A stretch of 64,000 nucleotides of DNA from Escherichia phage UP19: the sequence record OX638288; one strand, 5' to 3'. The position numbers were made by a program, and so were the translations under genes. Below the pieces are notes generated by a model, which saw nothing but the letters and a program-made list of their open reading frames with translations, was not told where the DNA came from and made no database searches. Below, in pieces: positions 52,248 to 61,135 of the stretch. Position 1 is the first letter of the stretch, and every line of letters begins with the position of its first letter.

Positions 52248-52706
52248 ATGTCAGAAATTAATTCAGAAGTATTCATCCGCCGCAACAAATTACGTCGACA
52301 GTTCGAAACCGAATTTCGTGAACTTAACGCGTCCATCAAAAAAGCCGCCATTAAGAGTGGTGTCCCAGCTTTCTTTATTAAGTACTCTAATCACTTGTTG
52401 GACCGTGCTATCCAACGTGAAATTGACGAAAAATATGTTTTCTCTTTGTTCAAGAAGCTCCACAATCATGTTAAAGAAATCCATGAATTTTTAATCCAGG
52501 AGCCTCTTCCTGACGTAGAATCTGAAATTGTCCCGGGTAAAGTGTATCGACCACTGCGTCTCGAGATTACCGATAAAACCTTATGGTTAGGTATGACCGT
52601 AGATCGTAAACATCCTGATAAAGGATATTCATTAAAATGCCGTATGGCATTTGTTAACTCTAAACGTTTAGAAGGTAAAACCAGCACTAAAGTAATCTAT
52701 CTTTAA
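52248..52706 (+). CDS. regB: RegB sequence-specific endoribonuclease
   Basis: ..EVFIRRNKLRR.FE.EFR.. and ..HLLDRAIQREIDE.YVF..LF.. resemble T4 RegB; about 152 aa. Confidence 0.85.
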   Translation: MSEINSEVFIRRNKLRRQFETEFRELNASIKKAAIKSGVPAFFIKYSNHLLDRAIQREIDEKYVFSLFKKLHNHVKEIHEFLIQEPLPDVESEIVPGKVYRPLRLEITDKTLWLGMTVDRKHPDKGYSLKCRMAFVNSKRLEGKTSTKVIYL

Positions 52707-52718
52707 TAATGAGGTCTC

Positions 52719-53258
52719 ATGAAAAAAGTATTAGCCACTTTACTATTGACAGTTAGTATGTCTGCCTATAGCGTAGAGCCTACTTTCAGTAATGAACAAC
52801 TCGATAATTTACATTATGCGTATGCTTTCGGTGAACAATACCAAAAGTCGGGAAAGTTCAAAGAAAACCCTAATCAAAAAGGATTAGGATATATAATGGC
52901 CGGATTATTATGGCAGGAATCATCTGCTGGAATTAATCAAGGTTTAAATAAAGATAAGCACCATGCTTATGGCATGTTCCAAAATTACTTGCCTACGTTA
53001 AGAAGTCGTGTTCAACAGGTAGGTTGGAAGATGTCAGACAAAGAAATAATTCGTATGGTCCAAAAACGACAGAACAGTGCCTCTTGGGCCTACATTGAAC
53101 TGTCTTATTGGATTGATGTTCACAAAGGTGACCTGAGAAAAGCGATTGCTTCTTATAATGCGGGCTGGAATGTCAAAGCAGGCAGTAAATATGCTTCCGA
53201 AGTTCTAGAAAAGGCCAATTACCTAAAATCTAAAAAGATGTTTGAGGCGGTATATTAA
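52719..53258 (+). CDS. Secreted lytic transglycosylase-like protein
   Basis: Signal peptide; SLT motifs ES (WQESSAG), GMFQ and YNAG. Confidence 0.6.
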   Translation: MKKVLATLLLTVSMSAYSVEPTFSNEQLDNLHYAYAFGEQYQKSGKFKENPNQKGLGYIMAGLLWQESSAGINQGLNKDKHHAYGMFQNYLPTLRSRVQQVGWKMSDKEIIRMVQKRQNSASWAYIELSYWIDVHKGDLRKAIASYNAGWNVKAGSKYASEVLEKANYLKSKKMFEAVY

Positions 53259-53615
53259 ATGATTAAACAGATGACTATAGCGCTTATGTTTATTGCTCCG
53301 GGAGTATTAGCATCACAGGTTGATGATACAAATAATTCAATTGTCGAGTATGCCACCCGTACAGCAAAAGATTATTGTCATCCGAGTAATACTGAATGTG
53401 TTATTGAATTCAGTTCAAAAATAACAGCTGCTTTTAAAGATGGACAGAACGACGTCGAGCATCGCCGAATGAAAGAGAAAACTCTTTCTAAAAGATACGA
53501 GCAACGTCTAAACGTTACTGAATGTGTTCCATCTGATAAAAAGTACAAAGAAATGTGCGCGTCTATGGTAGACAGACTCGTTGACTCTTACAACCGAGGG
53601 CTAAACTCTAAATGA
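53259..53615 (+). CDS. Secreted small protein
   Basis: Signal peptide MIKQMTIALMFIAPGVLASQ; 118 aa. Confidence 0.45.
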   Translation: MIKQMTIALMFIAPGVLASQVDDTNNSIVEYATRTAKDYCHPSNTECVIEFSSKITAAFKDGQNDVEHRRMKEKTLSKRYEQRLNVTECVPSDKKYKEMCASMVDRLVDSYNRGLNSK

Positions 53616-54079
53616 TTATTGATTATATTAAGGGCGATATCGTCGCCCTGTTTCTTCAAGGCAATAATGTTGCACACGGGTGTAACTGCTTTCACACAAT
53701 GGGTTCAGGTGTAGCAGGTCAATTGGCTAAGGCGTATCCACCTATTCTTGCTATCGATAAAACCACTTATTTAGGTGATATAGCAAAACTTGGAACATAT
53801 ACCCAAGCCACAGGTAATAATGGACAAATTTGCTATAATTTATACACCCAATACGAACCAGGCCCTAATCTTGATTACGGTGCTTTAGTAAACTGTATGA
53901 TAGAATTAAACCATACTTCAAAAGGTCTTTTGTTTAAACCGAGAATTTATATTCCTCGCATTGGCTGTGGTATTGCTGGTGGTGATTGGGACAAGGTTTA
54001 TCAATTGATTAATTTGTTTACTCCTGATATTAATTTAGTGGTGGTAGATTATGAAAGCTCATTATCCGCATCCGTTTGA
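53612..54079 (+). CDS. Macro-domain protein (ADP-ribose binding or processing)
   Basis: GDIV..(N/H)..HTMGSGVAGQLAKAYP and IPRIGCGIAGG match macro-domain signature positions. Confidence 0.6.
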   Translation: MIIDYIKGDIVALFLQGNNVAHGCNCFHTMGSGVAGQLAKAYPPILAIDKTTYLGDIAKLGTYTQATGNNGQICYNLYTQYEPGPNLDYGALVNCMIELNHTSKGLLFKPRIYIPRIGCGIAGGDWDKVYQLINLFTPDINLVVVDYESSLSASV

Positions 54080-54263
54080 CCCTAAAAACAAAGCGGAAAT
54101 TATTCGCCGCTGGACCGAAACCCGAGTAACTAAATGCCCTATAAAAAGTCATCACAATACTGATAAATGGTATATAGGTGAATATGTTGAATATACTTTT
54201 ATAGATAAAAATAAACGTAAACAGTATGTAGAAGAATACTGCTTAAAGGTGCAATGGTTATGA
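54051..54263 (+). CDS. Hypothetical basic protein
   Basis: 70-aa ORF; start overlaps the end of the macro gene. Confidence 0.35.
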   Translation: MKAHYPHPFDPKNKAEIIRRWTETRVTKCPIKSHHNTDKWYIGEYVEYTFIDKNKRKQYVEEYCLKVQWL

Positions 54264-54466
54264 GCCAAACCCGAATTCTTAAAACGGCTAAATGTGAAAA
54301 ATGTGAATGGCCGGTAATCGCAGCTTTATGCAACGATGAAATGGAATGTGAATTTGATTACTGGTGGTACTGTTCTAATAAAGGATGTTCTAATCATAAG
54401 GGTGAAGGTTTTCATTCCGGTTATTGCGAACATCCTAAATTTGTGCGATATGGTGAACCTAAATGA
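54254..54466 (+). CDS. Cys-rich, probable zinc-ribbon protein
   Basis: CEKCEW..C..C..C..C.. pattern. Confidence 0.45.
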   Translation: MVMSQTRILKTAKCEKCEWPVIAALCNDEMECEFDYWWYCSNKGCSNHKGEGFHSGYCEHPKFVRYGEPK

Positions 54467-54648
54467 GTTTAAGTATTAGTCAGAAAAGTAGATTGTTTGA
54501 GCTTATCCATGAGCTTTTGGATGAGCATACAGAAGCAAACGCTTTTTACGATGAATATGGCCCGCTATCTCCCGAACAGCAAGAAGAATTTGCTGATCGG
54601 TTTGATGAGAAAGAAAACGAATTAATAGCTTATGTGAATACGCTTTAA
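54463..54648 (+). CDS. Hypothetical acidic protein
   Basis: 61-aa ORF. Confidence 0.4.
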   Translation: MSLSISQKSRLFELIHELLDEHTEANAFYDEYGPLSPEQQEEFADRFDEKENELIAYVNTL

Positions 54649-54657
54649 GAAGGTAAT

Positions 54658-55230
54658 ATGGCTCAACTTTATTTTCATTATGCGGCAATGAACTCAGGTA
54701 AGACCGCTTCATTGCTAACGGCAGCTCATAACTACAAAGAACGCGGTATGAGCGTGCTCCTTTTAAAGCCTGCGATAGACAATAGAGAATCAAGCCATAC
54801 CATTTCGTCTCGTATAGGGATTAGTCAAGAGGCTAATGCGGTGACTCCGGATATGGACCTATACGAGTTCTATCGTTGGGCTGAATCTCAAAAAGATATC
54901 CACTGTGTGTTTGTGGATGAAGCACAATTCTTAGAACCTGCACAGATAAAACAACTGGCAAAGATAGTAGACAATTATAATGTTCCAGTTATGTGTTATG
55001 GGCTAAGAACTGATTTTCAGGGTAAACTGTTTCCTGGTTCTGCTGAATTACTCGCTACGGCAGATAAACTCGTTGAGTACAAAGGTGTGTGCCATTGCGG
55101 CCGTAAAGCTACTATGACTGCTAGGGTCCAAGATGGTGTCGCAATTAAGGACGGAGCCCAAGTTTCTATAGGTGGCAACGATTCTTACGTGTCATTGTGC
55201 AGGAAGCACTGGATAGAAATAACGAGTTGA
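54658..55230 (+). CDS. tk: Thymidine kinase
   Basis: P-loop AAMNSGKTASLL; CHCGRKAT..LC zinc site; 190 aa. Confidence 0.9.
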   Translation: MAQLYFHYAAMNSGKTASLLTAAHNYKERGMSVLLLKPAIDNRESSHTISSRIGISQEANAVTPDMDLYEFYRWAESQKDIHCVFVDEAQFLEPAQIKQLAKIVDNYNVPVMCYGLRTDFQGKLFPGSAELLATADKLVEYKGVCHCGRKATMTARVQDGVAIKDGAQVSIGGNDSYVSLCRKHWIEITS

Positions 55231-55237
55231 GGGTACT

Positions 55238-55516
55238 ATGGACCTAAATTCAAAGATTTTAATTCTAGCGTTCGCTGTGGCCATCTCTTATATTGTTCTT
55301 TCGCCCATCATGGATGATGCGGCTTACAAAAGAGAGATAGAAGTTGTAGCAGCGACGTATAATGCTAATAATAAAGAATGCCCTAATAAAAATGGAATGG
55401 ATTTAATTAAAGCACATTATATGCTTTCCATTACCTCGCCTATACAGAGGAATTGGGTTGAATATAATTTTAACGACGTGTTCTATTCTTATTGTCGTAA
55501 GCTTAAAAAGCTATAA
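55238..55516 (+). CDS. Small membrane protein
   Basis: N-terminal transmembrane helix; 92 aa. Confidence 0.45.
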   Translation: MDLNSKILILAFAVAISYIVLSPIMDDAAYKREIEVVAATYNANNKECPNKNGMDLIKAHYMLSITSPIQRNWVEYNFNDVFYSYCRKLKKL

Positions 55517-55519
55517 ATA
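55512..55519 (+). promoter_or_regulatory. Late promoter TATAAATA upstream of rI
   Basis: TATAAATA about 90 bp before the rI ATG. Confidence 0.4.
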
Positions 55520-55609
55520 GTAATACTAACCGTAGAGCTTTAGCTTTTGGTAATCGCTATCGGTTAAGGCCGAAAGGCAAATTCGTATAAAATAACAAAG
55601 GACTTTTGT

Positions 55610-55903
55610 ATGGGTATTTTCCGTACAGTGGCTTGTATCCTTATGATTGGATGTTTAAGCCCAACATCTTCACTAGCAAACAAATCCGACCCTAAATTGA
55701 TGGACGCCTTTGCTAGTAGTGCGATGCCAGTTTATGCGCAAATGAGTAAACCTAGTGTAAAGGCCTCCGAAGACTACTGGGCTTATGTAACTGCTTCTTG
55801 GAAAATTTCAAATTGCAATACAATAGAGTCTTGCTCGATTGAAGGTCAGGCTATCGGAGAACGATACGCTAAACTAATGAAGGTAGATGATGAAATTCAA
55901 TGA
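55610..55903 (+). CDS. rI: RI lysis-inhibition antiholin-like periplasmic protein
   Basis: 97 aa as in T4 RI; N-terminal signal/anchor; LSP..AN.DP block resembles T4 RI; adjacent to tk. Confidence 0.65.
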   Translation: MGIFRTVACILMIGCLSPTSSLANKSDPKLMDAFASSAMPVYAQMSKPSVKASEDYWAYVTASWKISNCNTIESCSIEGQAIGERYAKLMKVDDEIQ

Positions 55904-56273
55904 TTTCGTACTTAGTCGAGGGACTGAAGTAGATTCTTATATTGGTTGGCTGTTGGTTTCTTTAGCCTATTTTAAGTCAGCCCATTTGGAAACCAAAAGC
56001 TATGCAAGACACAAAGCATATGACTTCTATTATACAGAAGTTCAAGGACCACTAGACCAGTTCAGTGAACAGTATTTAGGATTTAGTGGCAAAGAATATA
56101 AAGCATCACTACCATCTGCTTCAGAACTGCCTAAAGACCCCATAGATTTTCTTGATGAACTTATTAAAGCGTCTGATAAAATCTACAAAAATCTTCCTAA
56201 GGCCATCCAATCGACTTTGGACGACATCACTGGTGTCTTTTACCAGACTAAGTATTTGTTAACGTTAGAATAA
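55887..56273 (+). CDS. Hypothetical protein
   Basis: 128-aa ORF followed by a terminator. Confidence 0.45.
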   Translation: MMKFNDFVLSRGTEVDSYIGWLLVSLAYFKSAHLETKSYARHKAYDFYYTEVQGPLDQFSEQYLGFSGKEYKASLPSASELPKDPIDFLDELIKASDKIYKNLPKAIQSTLDDITGVFYQTKYLLTLE

Positions 56274-56277
56274 TCAA

Positions 56278-56305
56278 AGGTCTCACTTCGGTGGGACCTT
56301 TTTTC
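56278..56305 (+). terminator. Intrinsic terminator
   Basis: AGGTCTCAC-TTCG-GTGGGACCT followed by TTTTTT. Confidence 0.65.
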
Positions 56306-56313
56306 GTTTTAGT

Positions 56314-56342
56314 GTTTACTTCCTCTAGGAACGTGATACTAT
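56314..56342 (+). promoter_or_regulatory. Early promoter module
   Basis: GTTTAC 56314-56319; TACTATAGACCTATCAA. Confidence 0.6.
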
Positions 56343-56370
56343 AGACCTATCAACTAATGAGGAGAACAGT

Positions 56371-56607
56371 ATGAAACTTACAAGTACTACGGTTTCATTG
56401 GAATATGAAATCAATAACCGCCTCCTTGAGATTAAGATATTCGACGACCGAAGTATCTTTGCTGACTACCGAGGGTACAGAATTCGCCTAGAAAAGGACG
56501 AGCTCAAGGAACCACGGCTCCTTAAAGACACATTAAAGGGATGTGGGTGTAAGCTGAAGACCACTCAAGCCCAAGAATTAATTTCTACTATCAACAAATA
56601 CTGGTGA
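56371..56607 (+). CDS. Hypothetical protein
   Basis: 78 aa; GAGGAG SD. Confidence 0.45.
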   Translation: MKLTSTTVSLEYEINNRLLEIKIFDDRSIFADYRGYRIRLEKDELKEPRLLKDTLKGCGCKLKTTQAQELISTINKYW

Positions 56608-56611
56608 TATT

Positions 56612-56794
56612 ATGTTAACTACTGAACAGATTGAGAAAATTATTAAACTCGCCCAGCATATTGAAAACGCATCCAATGACCTAGCTGTTGAATATTGCGA
56701 AGGTTATTCATATTCTGGAATAGAGCAGTGTAAACGAGATTTGGCTAACTCCAAAGCGGCCTTGGCTGAGTATCTTAATGAGTTGAAAGCATAA
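56612..56794 (+). CDS. Hypothetical protein
   Basis: 60-aa ORF. Confidence 0.4.
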   Translation: MLTTEQIEKIIKLAQHIENASNDLAVEYCEGYSYSGIEQCKRDLANSKAALAEYLNELKA

Positions 56795-57051
56795 TGGCTG
56801 TTGGATTTGCTAAGGACGGAGCCGAACAGCTCGAAATGGAAGCGGTCGTTCAGGCCGCTATAGTACACGCCCGTAAGCAAGTAGCAGTTGAACGTGAATC
56901 GGCTAAATATTGTTTTGATTGTGATGAAGAGATTCCTGAAGCACGACGTCAAGCTATCAAAGGTGTGATATATTGTATAGGTTGTCAGTCAATGCATGAT
57001 GAAATTTTTAAACGTGAGCCACGTAACTGTTGGCACAGGAGCATGAGATGA
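56794..57051 (+). CDS. DksA/TraR-family C4 zinc-finger protein
   Basis: CFDCDEEIPEARRQAIKGVIYCIGCQ is a CxxC-x17-CxxC finger of DksA/TraR type. Confidence 0.6.
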   Translation: MAVGFAKDGAEQLEMEAVVQAAIVHARKQVAVERESAKYCFDCDEEIPEARRQAIKGVIYCIGCQSMHDEIFKREPRNCWHRSMR

Positions 57052-57132
57052 TTTACTATCTTGAACCTTGGGCTTGGCTTACAATGCTTATTGGTCCAGT
57101 TTTAATAGGTTTATTCTTTTCATGGCTAGCGA

Positions 57133-57340
57133 GGAAACTGTAATGTTATACGACCCAAGTGGTAATTCTGAAGACGGTATTATTGTCCTTTTGGCAGATG
57201 TTGAAGAGTCTGACGATGACATTTTTGTTAAAGATTGGGAAGAAAAAGGCGGAATCACGCTCCAACAAGAAAATGATATGATTTGTCTGAATGCGAGCCA
57301 AGTCGAAGAACTGTACAGTATTTTAAAACACAACCGTTGA
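57133..57340 (+). CDS. Hypothetical acidic protein
   Basis: ATG 57133 after GAGGAAA; 68 aa. Confidence 0.4.
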
Positions 57341-57350
57341 GGAACAGAAA

Positions 57351-57911
57351 ATGATTATTGAAACAACTGAATTGTTTGGCGAACTGACCGCTGAAGTAGT
57401 TAATAATGCAATTGAGCTTTGTCAAGAAGACGATAAAATCGTACTGACTATCCAAGATATTAAACCACTTTATGATTTAAAGGTTTTGGATAAAGATGGG
57501 TATCTTGATGGACGCCATAGAGCATCGTTTGATATTAACGACGATGTATGGGCCCAGATTTATAAAAATGAAGACGGATTTAATATCGAAACTGATACTG
57601 AATGTCTAAGCATTAGGAATTCTAGTAATTTCTTTAAATGTATTTTTAAACTGTTCCAGGAAGAATGCAAGCCAGAAGTTGAATGGAAAGTTCCAGGTCA
57701 AGATGCAGTGATTCGTTCTAGTGAAACATTTGAAGGTGATGAAGAAGAACTGGATTATGATACCGAATTAACCGTGTATCAACACCAGGGTCGTGATTTG
57801 CTATCCTTGACCCAAAGACACGACGGTGAAAATGAAGTGGTATTTACTAAAGACGAGCTAAAAGTTTTAGTCTCTTATCTGAACTCTGTTATCCCAACTA
57901 TGAACCCTTAA
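57351..57911 (+). CDS. Hypothetical acidic protein
   Basis: 186-aa ORF. Confidence 0.5.
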   Translation: MIIETTELFGELTAEVVNNAIELCQEDDKIVLTIQDIKPLYDLKVLDKDGYLDGRHRASFDINDDVWAQIYKNEDGFNIETDTECLSIRNSSNFFKCIFKLFQEECKPEVEWKVPGQDAVIRSSETFEGDEEELDYDTELTVYQHQGRDLLSLTQRHDGENEVVFTKDELKVLVSYLNSVIPTMNP

Positions 57912-57921
57912 GGAAAATATT

Positions 57922-58374
57922 ATGATTATCAATTCAAACTCTTGGCACGTTAAATTACACGACCGTTTTTATGACCGTCATTCTCGACCACACTCTTTGT
58001 GTGCTTATTTCTGGAAAATGGTTTGGGCTTGTTTTGCTTGTGCTGTTGTTGCAGGTAGTACGCTTTTTGGATTAACTGTTGCAGGAGCTGGTGTATTAGA
58101 GCATTTCTTTGTATTAAGTACTCCTGTTCTGTTGAGTCTAGGGTTTGTTTTAGGGTTGATTGCAATAGCTCTTATTATTGCTCTATCCATTGGTTTGGCA
58201 TTAGGTGCGATGAATTTACACGCGTGGTATGATGCACGTAGAGAAGAAAAGGAATGGCAACGTATTCAAGCTGAGCGTGAAGGCCGAGAAACTAAAGAAA
58301 ATATCGTCGTCCAATACATTAAAGCTCGTAAATCTAAGATGTGTCCTGTAATTCACTTCGAGAACAAAGAATGA
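57922..58374 (+). CDS. Integral membrane protein
   Basis: Two or three transmembrane helices; 150 aa. Confidence 0.5.
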   Translation: MIINSNSWHVKLHDRFYDRHSRPHSLCAYFWKMVWACFACAVVAGSTLFGLTVAGAGVLEHFFVLSTPVLLSLGFVLGLIAIALIIALSIGLALGAMNLHAWYDARREEKEWQRIQAEREGRETKENIVVQYIKARKSKMCPVIHFENKE

Positions 58375-59381
58375 GAACAGTTATGAAAGGCTACTTCGGT
58401 AGCCATCTTTATGGAACAAGTACTCCGGAATCTGATGTCGATTTTAAAGAAATCTTTGTTCCACATCCGCGTGATATTCTGTTAGGTACGGCAATGAATC
58501 ATACCAACCTGAACACGAATAACACTGCTTCCAAAAACACTAAAGATGATGTTGACCATGAGCTTTACAGCCTGAAATATTTCTTTAAACTGGCTGCTGA
58601 AGGCGAAACCGTTGCTCTGGATATGCTCCACACTCCGCCTGAAATGGTGGTTAAATCCGATTTACCTGATGTATGGAAATTTATCCAAGATAACCGTTCG
58701 CGTTTCTATACAACTAACATGAAAGCCTATTTAGGGTACGTTCGTAAGCAAGCTTCTAAATATGGTGTTAAGGGTTCTCGTCTGGCTGCTCTGCGTGGTG
58801 TACTGGCTATCGTTAACCAGATTCCTGAACAGTGGGTTGATTATCAAGAAGATGGTTCTACTAAGCAACGACGTACTAAGGTAGAAGATATTAAGCACCG
58901 GCTCCCTGAAAACGAGTTCTGTGAATGGGTATTTCATAACCACGAGAAAACAGGTCCTCAAACGTTCTATACTGTCCTCGGACGTAAGTACCAAACTACT
59001 CTGTCATTGGTCGAGCTTAAGCAATCTCTGAATAAACTTGATGCAGAATATGGCGAACGTGCTCGTAAGGCTGAAGCTAATGAAGGTATTGACTGGAAAG
59101 CTCTGAGCCATGCTTATCGTGCTGGATATCAGTTGAAGGAAATCTATATGACCGGTGACCTTCAATATCCTTTACGAACAGCACCATTTATCCTTGAAAT
59201 CAAACAGGGGCTACATGCTTTTAAAGATGTACAGGCTGAGCTCGAAGCTATAGTTGATGAAGTCGAAACCAATGCCATCTGGGCAGCTAAGAACGGTATG
59301 CCTGATAAGGTAGATATGAAGTTCTGGGACAAGTTCGTTGAGCAGGTTTACCTAGAAAACCATAACTCGTATTATAAATGA
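58371..59381 (+). CDS. Pol-beta-superfamily nucleotidyltransferase-like protein
   Basis: GS-x9-SDVD motif (YFGSHLYGTSTPESDVDF) and downstream acidic residue (ALDML); 336 aa. Confidence 0.55.
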   Translation: MRTVMKGYFGSHLYGTSTPESDVDFKEIFVPHPRDILLGTAMNHTNLNTNNTASKNTKDDVDHELYSLKYFFKLAAEGETVALDMLHTPPEMVVKSDLPDVWKFIQDNRSRFYTTNMKAYLGYVRKQASKYGVKGSRLAALRGVLAIVNQIPEQWVDYQEDGSTKQRRTKVEDIKHRLPENEFCEWVFHNHEKTGPQTFYTVLGRKYQTTLSLVELKQSLNKLDAEYGERARKAEANEGIDWKALSHAYRAGYQLKEIYMTGDLQYPLRTAPFILEIKQGLHAFKDVQAELEAIVDEVETNAIWAAKNGMPDKVDMKFWDKFVEQVYLENHNSYYK

Positions 59382-59383
59382 TA

Positions 59384-59405
59384 AAAGGCCTTCGGGCCTT
59401 TTTTG
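59384..59405 (+). terminator. Intrinsic terminator
   Basis: AAAAGGCC-TTCG-GGCCTTTTTT. Confidence 0.7.
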
Positions 59406-59424
59406 GGTTTAGTGCAAAAAAGTA

Positions 59425-59453
59425 GTGTACATCTGCTTTAAACATGTTATTAT
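59425..59453 (+). promoter_or_regulatory. Early promoter module (GTGTAC / TATTAT variant)
   Basis: Near-duplicate of the 59737 promoter. Confidence 0.5.
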
Positions 59454-59503
59454 AGACCTATCAGCTAAAGAGCTGAAAACTTAAACCAAACGGAGATATA
59501 AAA

Positions 59504-59734
59504 ATGTACGCTATCAAAAATTACAAATACGGTTCTTACACTACTAACTTGATCGCTCTGGAAGATACCTTTAAAGCTGATCGTGCTGAAGAATATGAAA
59601 TTATTGAAGCTGTAACTAAAAACAAAGGTAAACAAGTTGTTATGCCTAATGGCCGTAAAGCTGCTCTTTATACAGTAAATGGTGAAACATGGGCCCGCTA
59701 TAAAGATGGCTTCTGTGAAATTATTGCAAAATAA
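59504..59734 (+). CDS. Hypothetical protein
   Basis: 76 aa; flanked by duplicated promoters. Confidence 0.45.
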   Translation: MYAIKNYKYGSYTTNLIALEDTFKADRAEEYEIIEAVTKNKGKQVVMPNGRKAALYTVNGETWARYKDGFCEIIAK

Positions 59735-59736
59735 GT

Positions 59737-59765
59737 GTGTACATCCATTTCAAACATGTTATTAT
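59737..59765 (+). promoter_or_regulatory. Early promoter module (GTGTAC / TATTAT variant)
   Basis: GTGTACATC..AAACATGTTATTATAGACCTATCA. Confidence 0.5.
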
Positions 59766-59800
59766 AGACCTATCAAATCTACTGAGTGAAGGAGAATAAA

Positions 59801-60781
59801 ATGTTAACTATCAAAATCAACAAAGGTATCTATCGCGGTAATGAAATCTCTGGTACGTTCATGAGTTCAGGTAAAACCTGGTTCCCAAATAAAATTCATG
59901 AATCTGAAGCTCACCTCGGTGATGGCAAGGTATTCGTGCAGATTGATGGTGTTGAACGTGGTGTATGGGTGTTCAAATGTGACGTTGAAATGGAAGGCGC
60001 TGAAGCTCCTGCAATGGTTACTGAATCCGCTGAAGAAATGAAACATCGTATCAACAAACGTTTTAAAGTAATGAACATGATGACTAACGGAATCATCGAT
60101 GGTAAAATTCGTTCCCTTATCATCTCTGGTGCCGCAGGTATTGGTAAAACTTATTCTTTGGATAAAGCATTACAGAATGCCCACGAAAATGAAACTATCG
60201 AATATAAATCAATCAACGGAAAGATTAGTGGAATCGGTCTTTACGAGCAGCTTTGGAATAACCGCGGCCCTAATAGTGTTCTTCTTATTGATGATGTTGA
60301 TGTATTCTCTGACATGGATATTCTGAACCTTCTGAAAGCCGCATTGGATACCGGTGAGAAACGTAAGGTGTGCTGGAGCACTTCAAGTTCTTATCTCGAT
60401 GATAAAAATATCGATAAAGAATTCGAATACGAAGGCACCATCGTGTTCATCACCAACGTTGATATTGACCGTGAATTAGAGCGTGGAACTAAACTTGCTC
60501 CGCACCTCCAGGCTTTAGTATCTCGTTCAGTTTACTTAGACCTCGGAGTTCACTCTAACGAAGAGATTATGGTTCGTGTTGAAGACGTTATCCTGTCCAC
60601 TGATATGATGCAAAATCGAGGTCTGACCGATGCTGAGACTTATCAAGCACTGGCATGGATGAAGGCTAATGTATCTCGTCTTCGTAACGTATCATTACGT
60701 ACAGCTCTTTATCTGGCGGACTTCATTGCCACCGATAAAAATGACTGGAGCGAAATCGCTGAAGTTACACTTCTGAAATAA
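59801..60781 (+). CDS. P-loop (AAA-like) ATPase
   Basis: Walker A GAAGIGKT and Walker B LLIDDVD; ATG 59801 after AAGGAGA. Confidence 0.6.
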   Translation: MLTIKINKGIYRGNEISGTFMSSGKTWFPNKIHESEAHLGDGKVFVQIDGVERGVWVFKCDVEMEGAEAPAMVTESAEEMKHRINKRFKVMNMMTNGIIDGKIRSLIISGAAGIGKTYSLDKALQNAHENETIEYKSINGKISGIGLYEQLWNNRGPNSVLLIDDVDVFSDMDILNLLKAALDTGEKRKVCWSTSSSYLDDKNIDKEFEYEGTIVFITNVDIDRELERGTKLAPHLQALVSRSVYLDLGVHSNEEIMVRVEDVILSTDMMQNRGLTDAETYQALAWMKANVSRLRNVSLRTALYLADFIATDKNDWSEIAEVTLLK

Positions 60782-60791
60782 AGGTGAAATT

Positions 60792-61133
60792 ATGTTTGAA
60801 CAATTTATTTACAATCTTTATAAAGCAGGTTTGGCCCATCGTAATGCCATGAAACAGTCCGTCGAGGACTATGATAAAGAAGTTATCGACGGATATACTA
60901 ATAGAGTTTATAAAACAGATTGTGAAGAAGGAGACTACAAGAGACTGCTCTTGGCTGCGAAGACTCAGGCCTTAATAAATCTAGACCGTAAGCAGGTAAA
61001 GTTGGCAGGCGACTTCCGAGGTGAACTCTGCGCCATCAGGAATGAATATCGCATTCGTATTGAACATCAACGGAAACCTAATACCCAATCAGCGTGGTTT
61101 AGTGGACATGCCGGTGAAAAAAGTTTCTATTAG
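60792..61133 (+). CDS. Hypothetical protein
   Basis: 113-aa ORF. Confidence 0.45.
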   Translation: MFEQFIYNLYKAGLAHRNAMKQSVEDYDKEVIDGYTNRVYKTDCEEGDYKRLLLAAKTQALINLDRKQVKLAGDFRGELCAIRNEYRIRIEHQRKPNTQSAWFSGHAGEKSFY

Positions 61134-61135
61134 TT

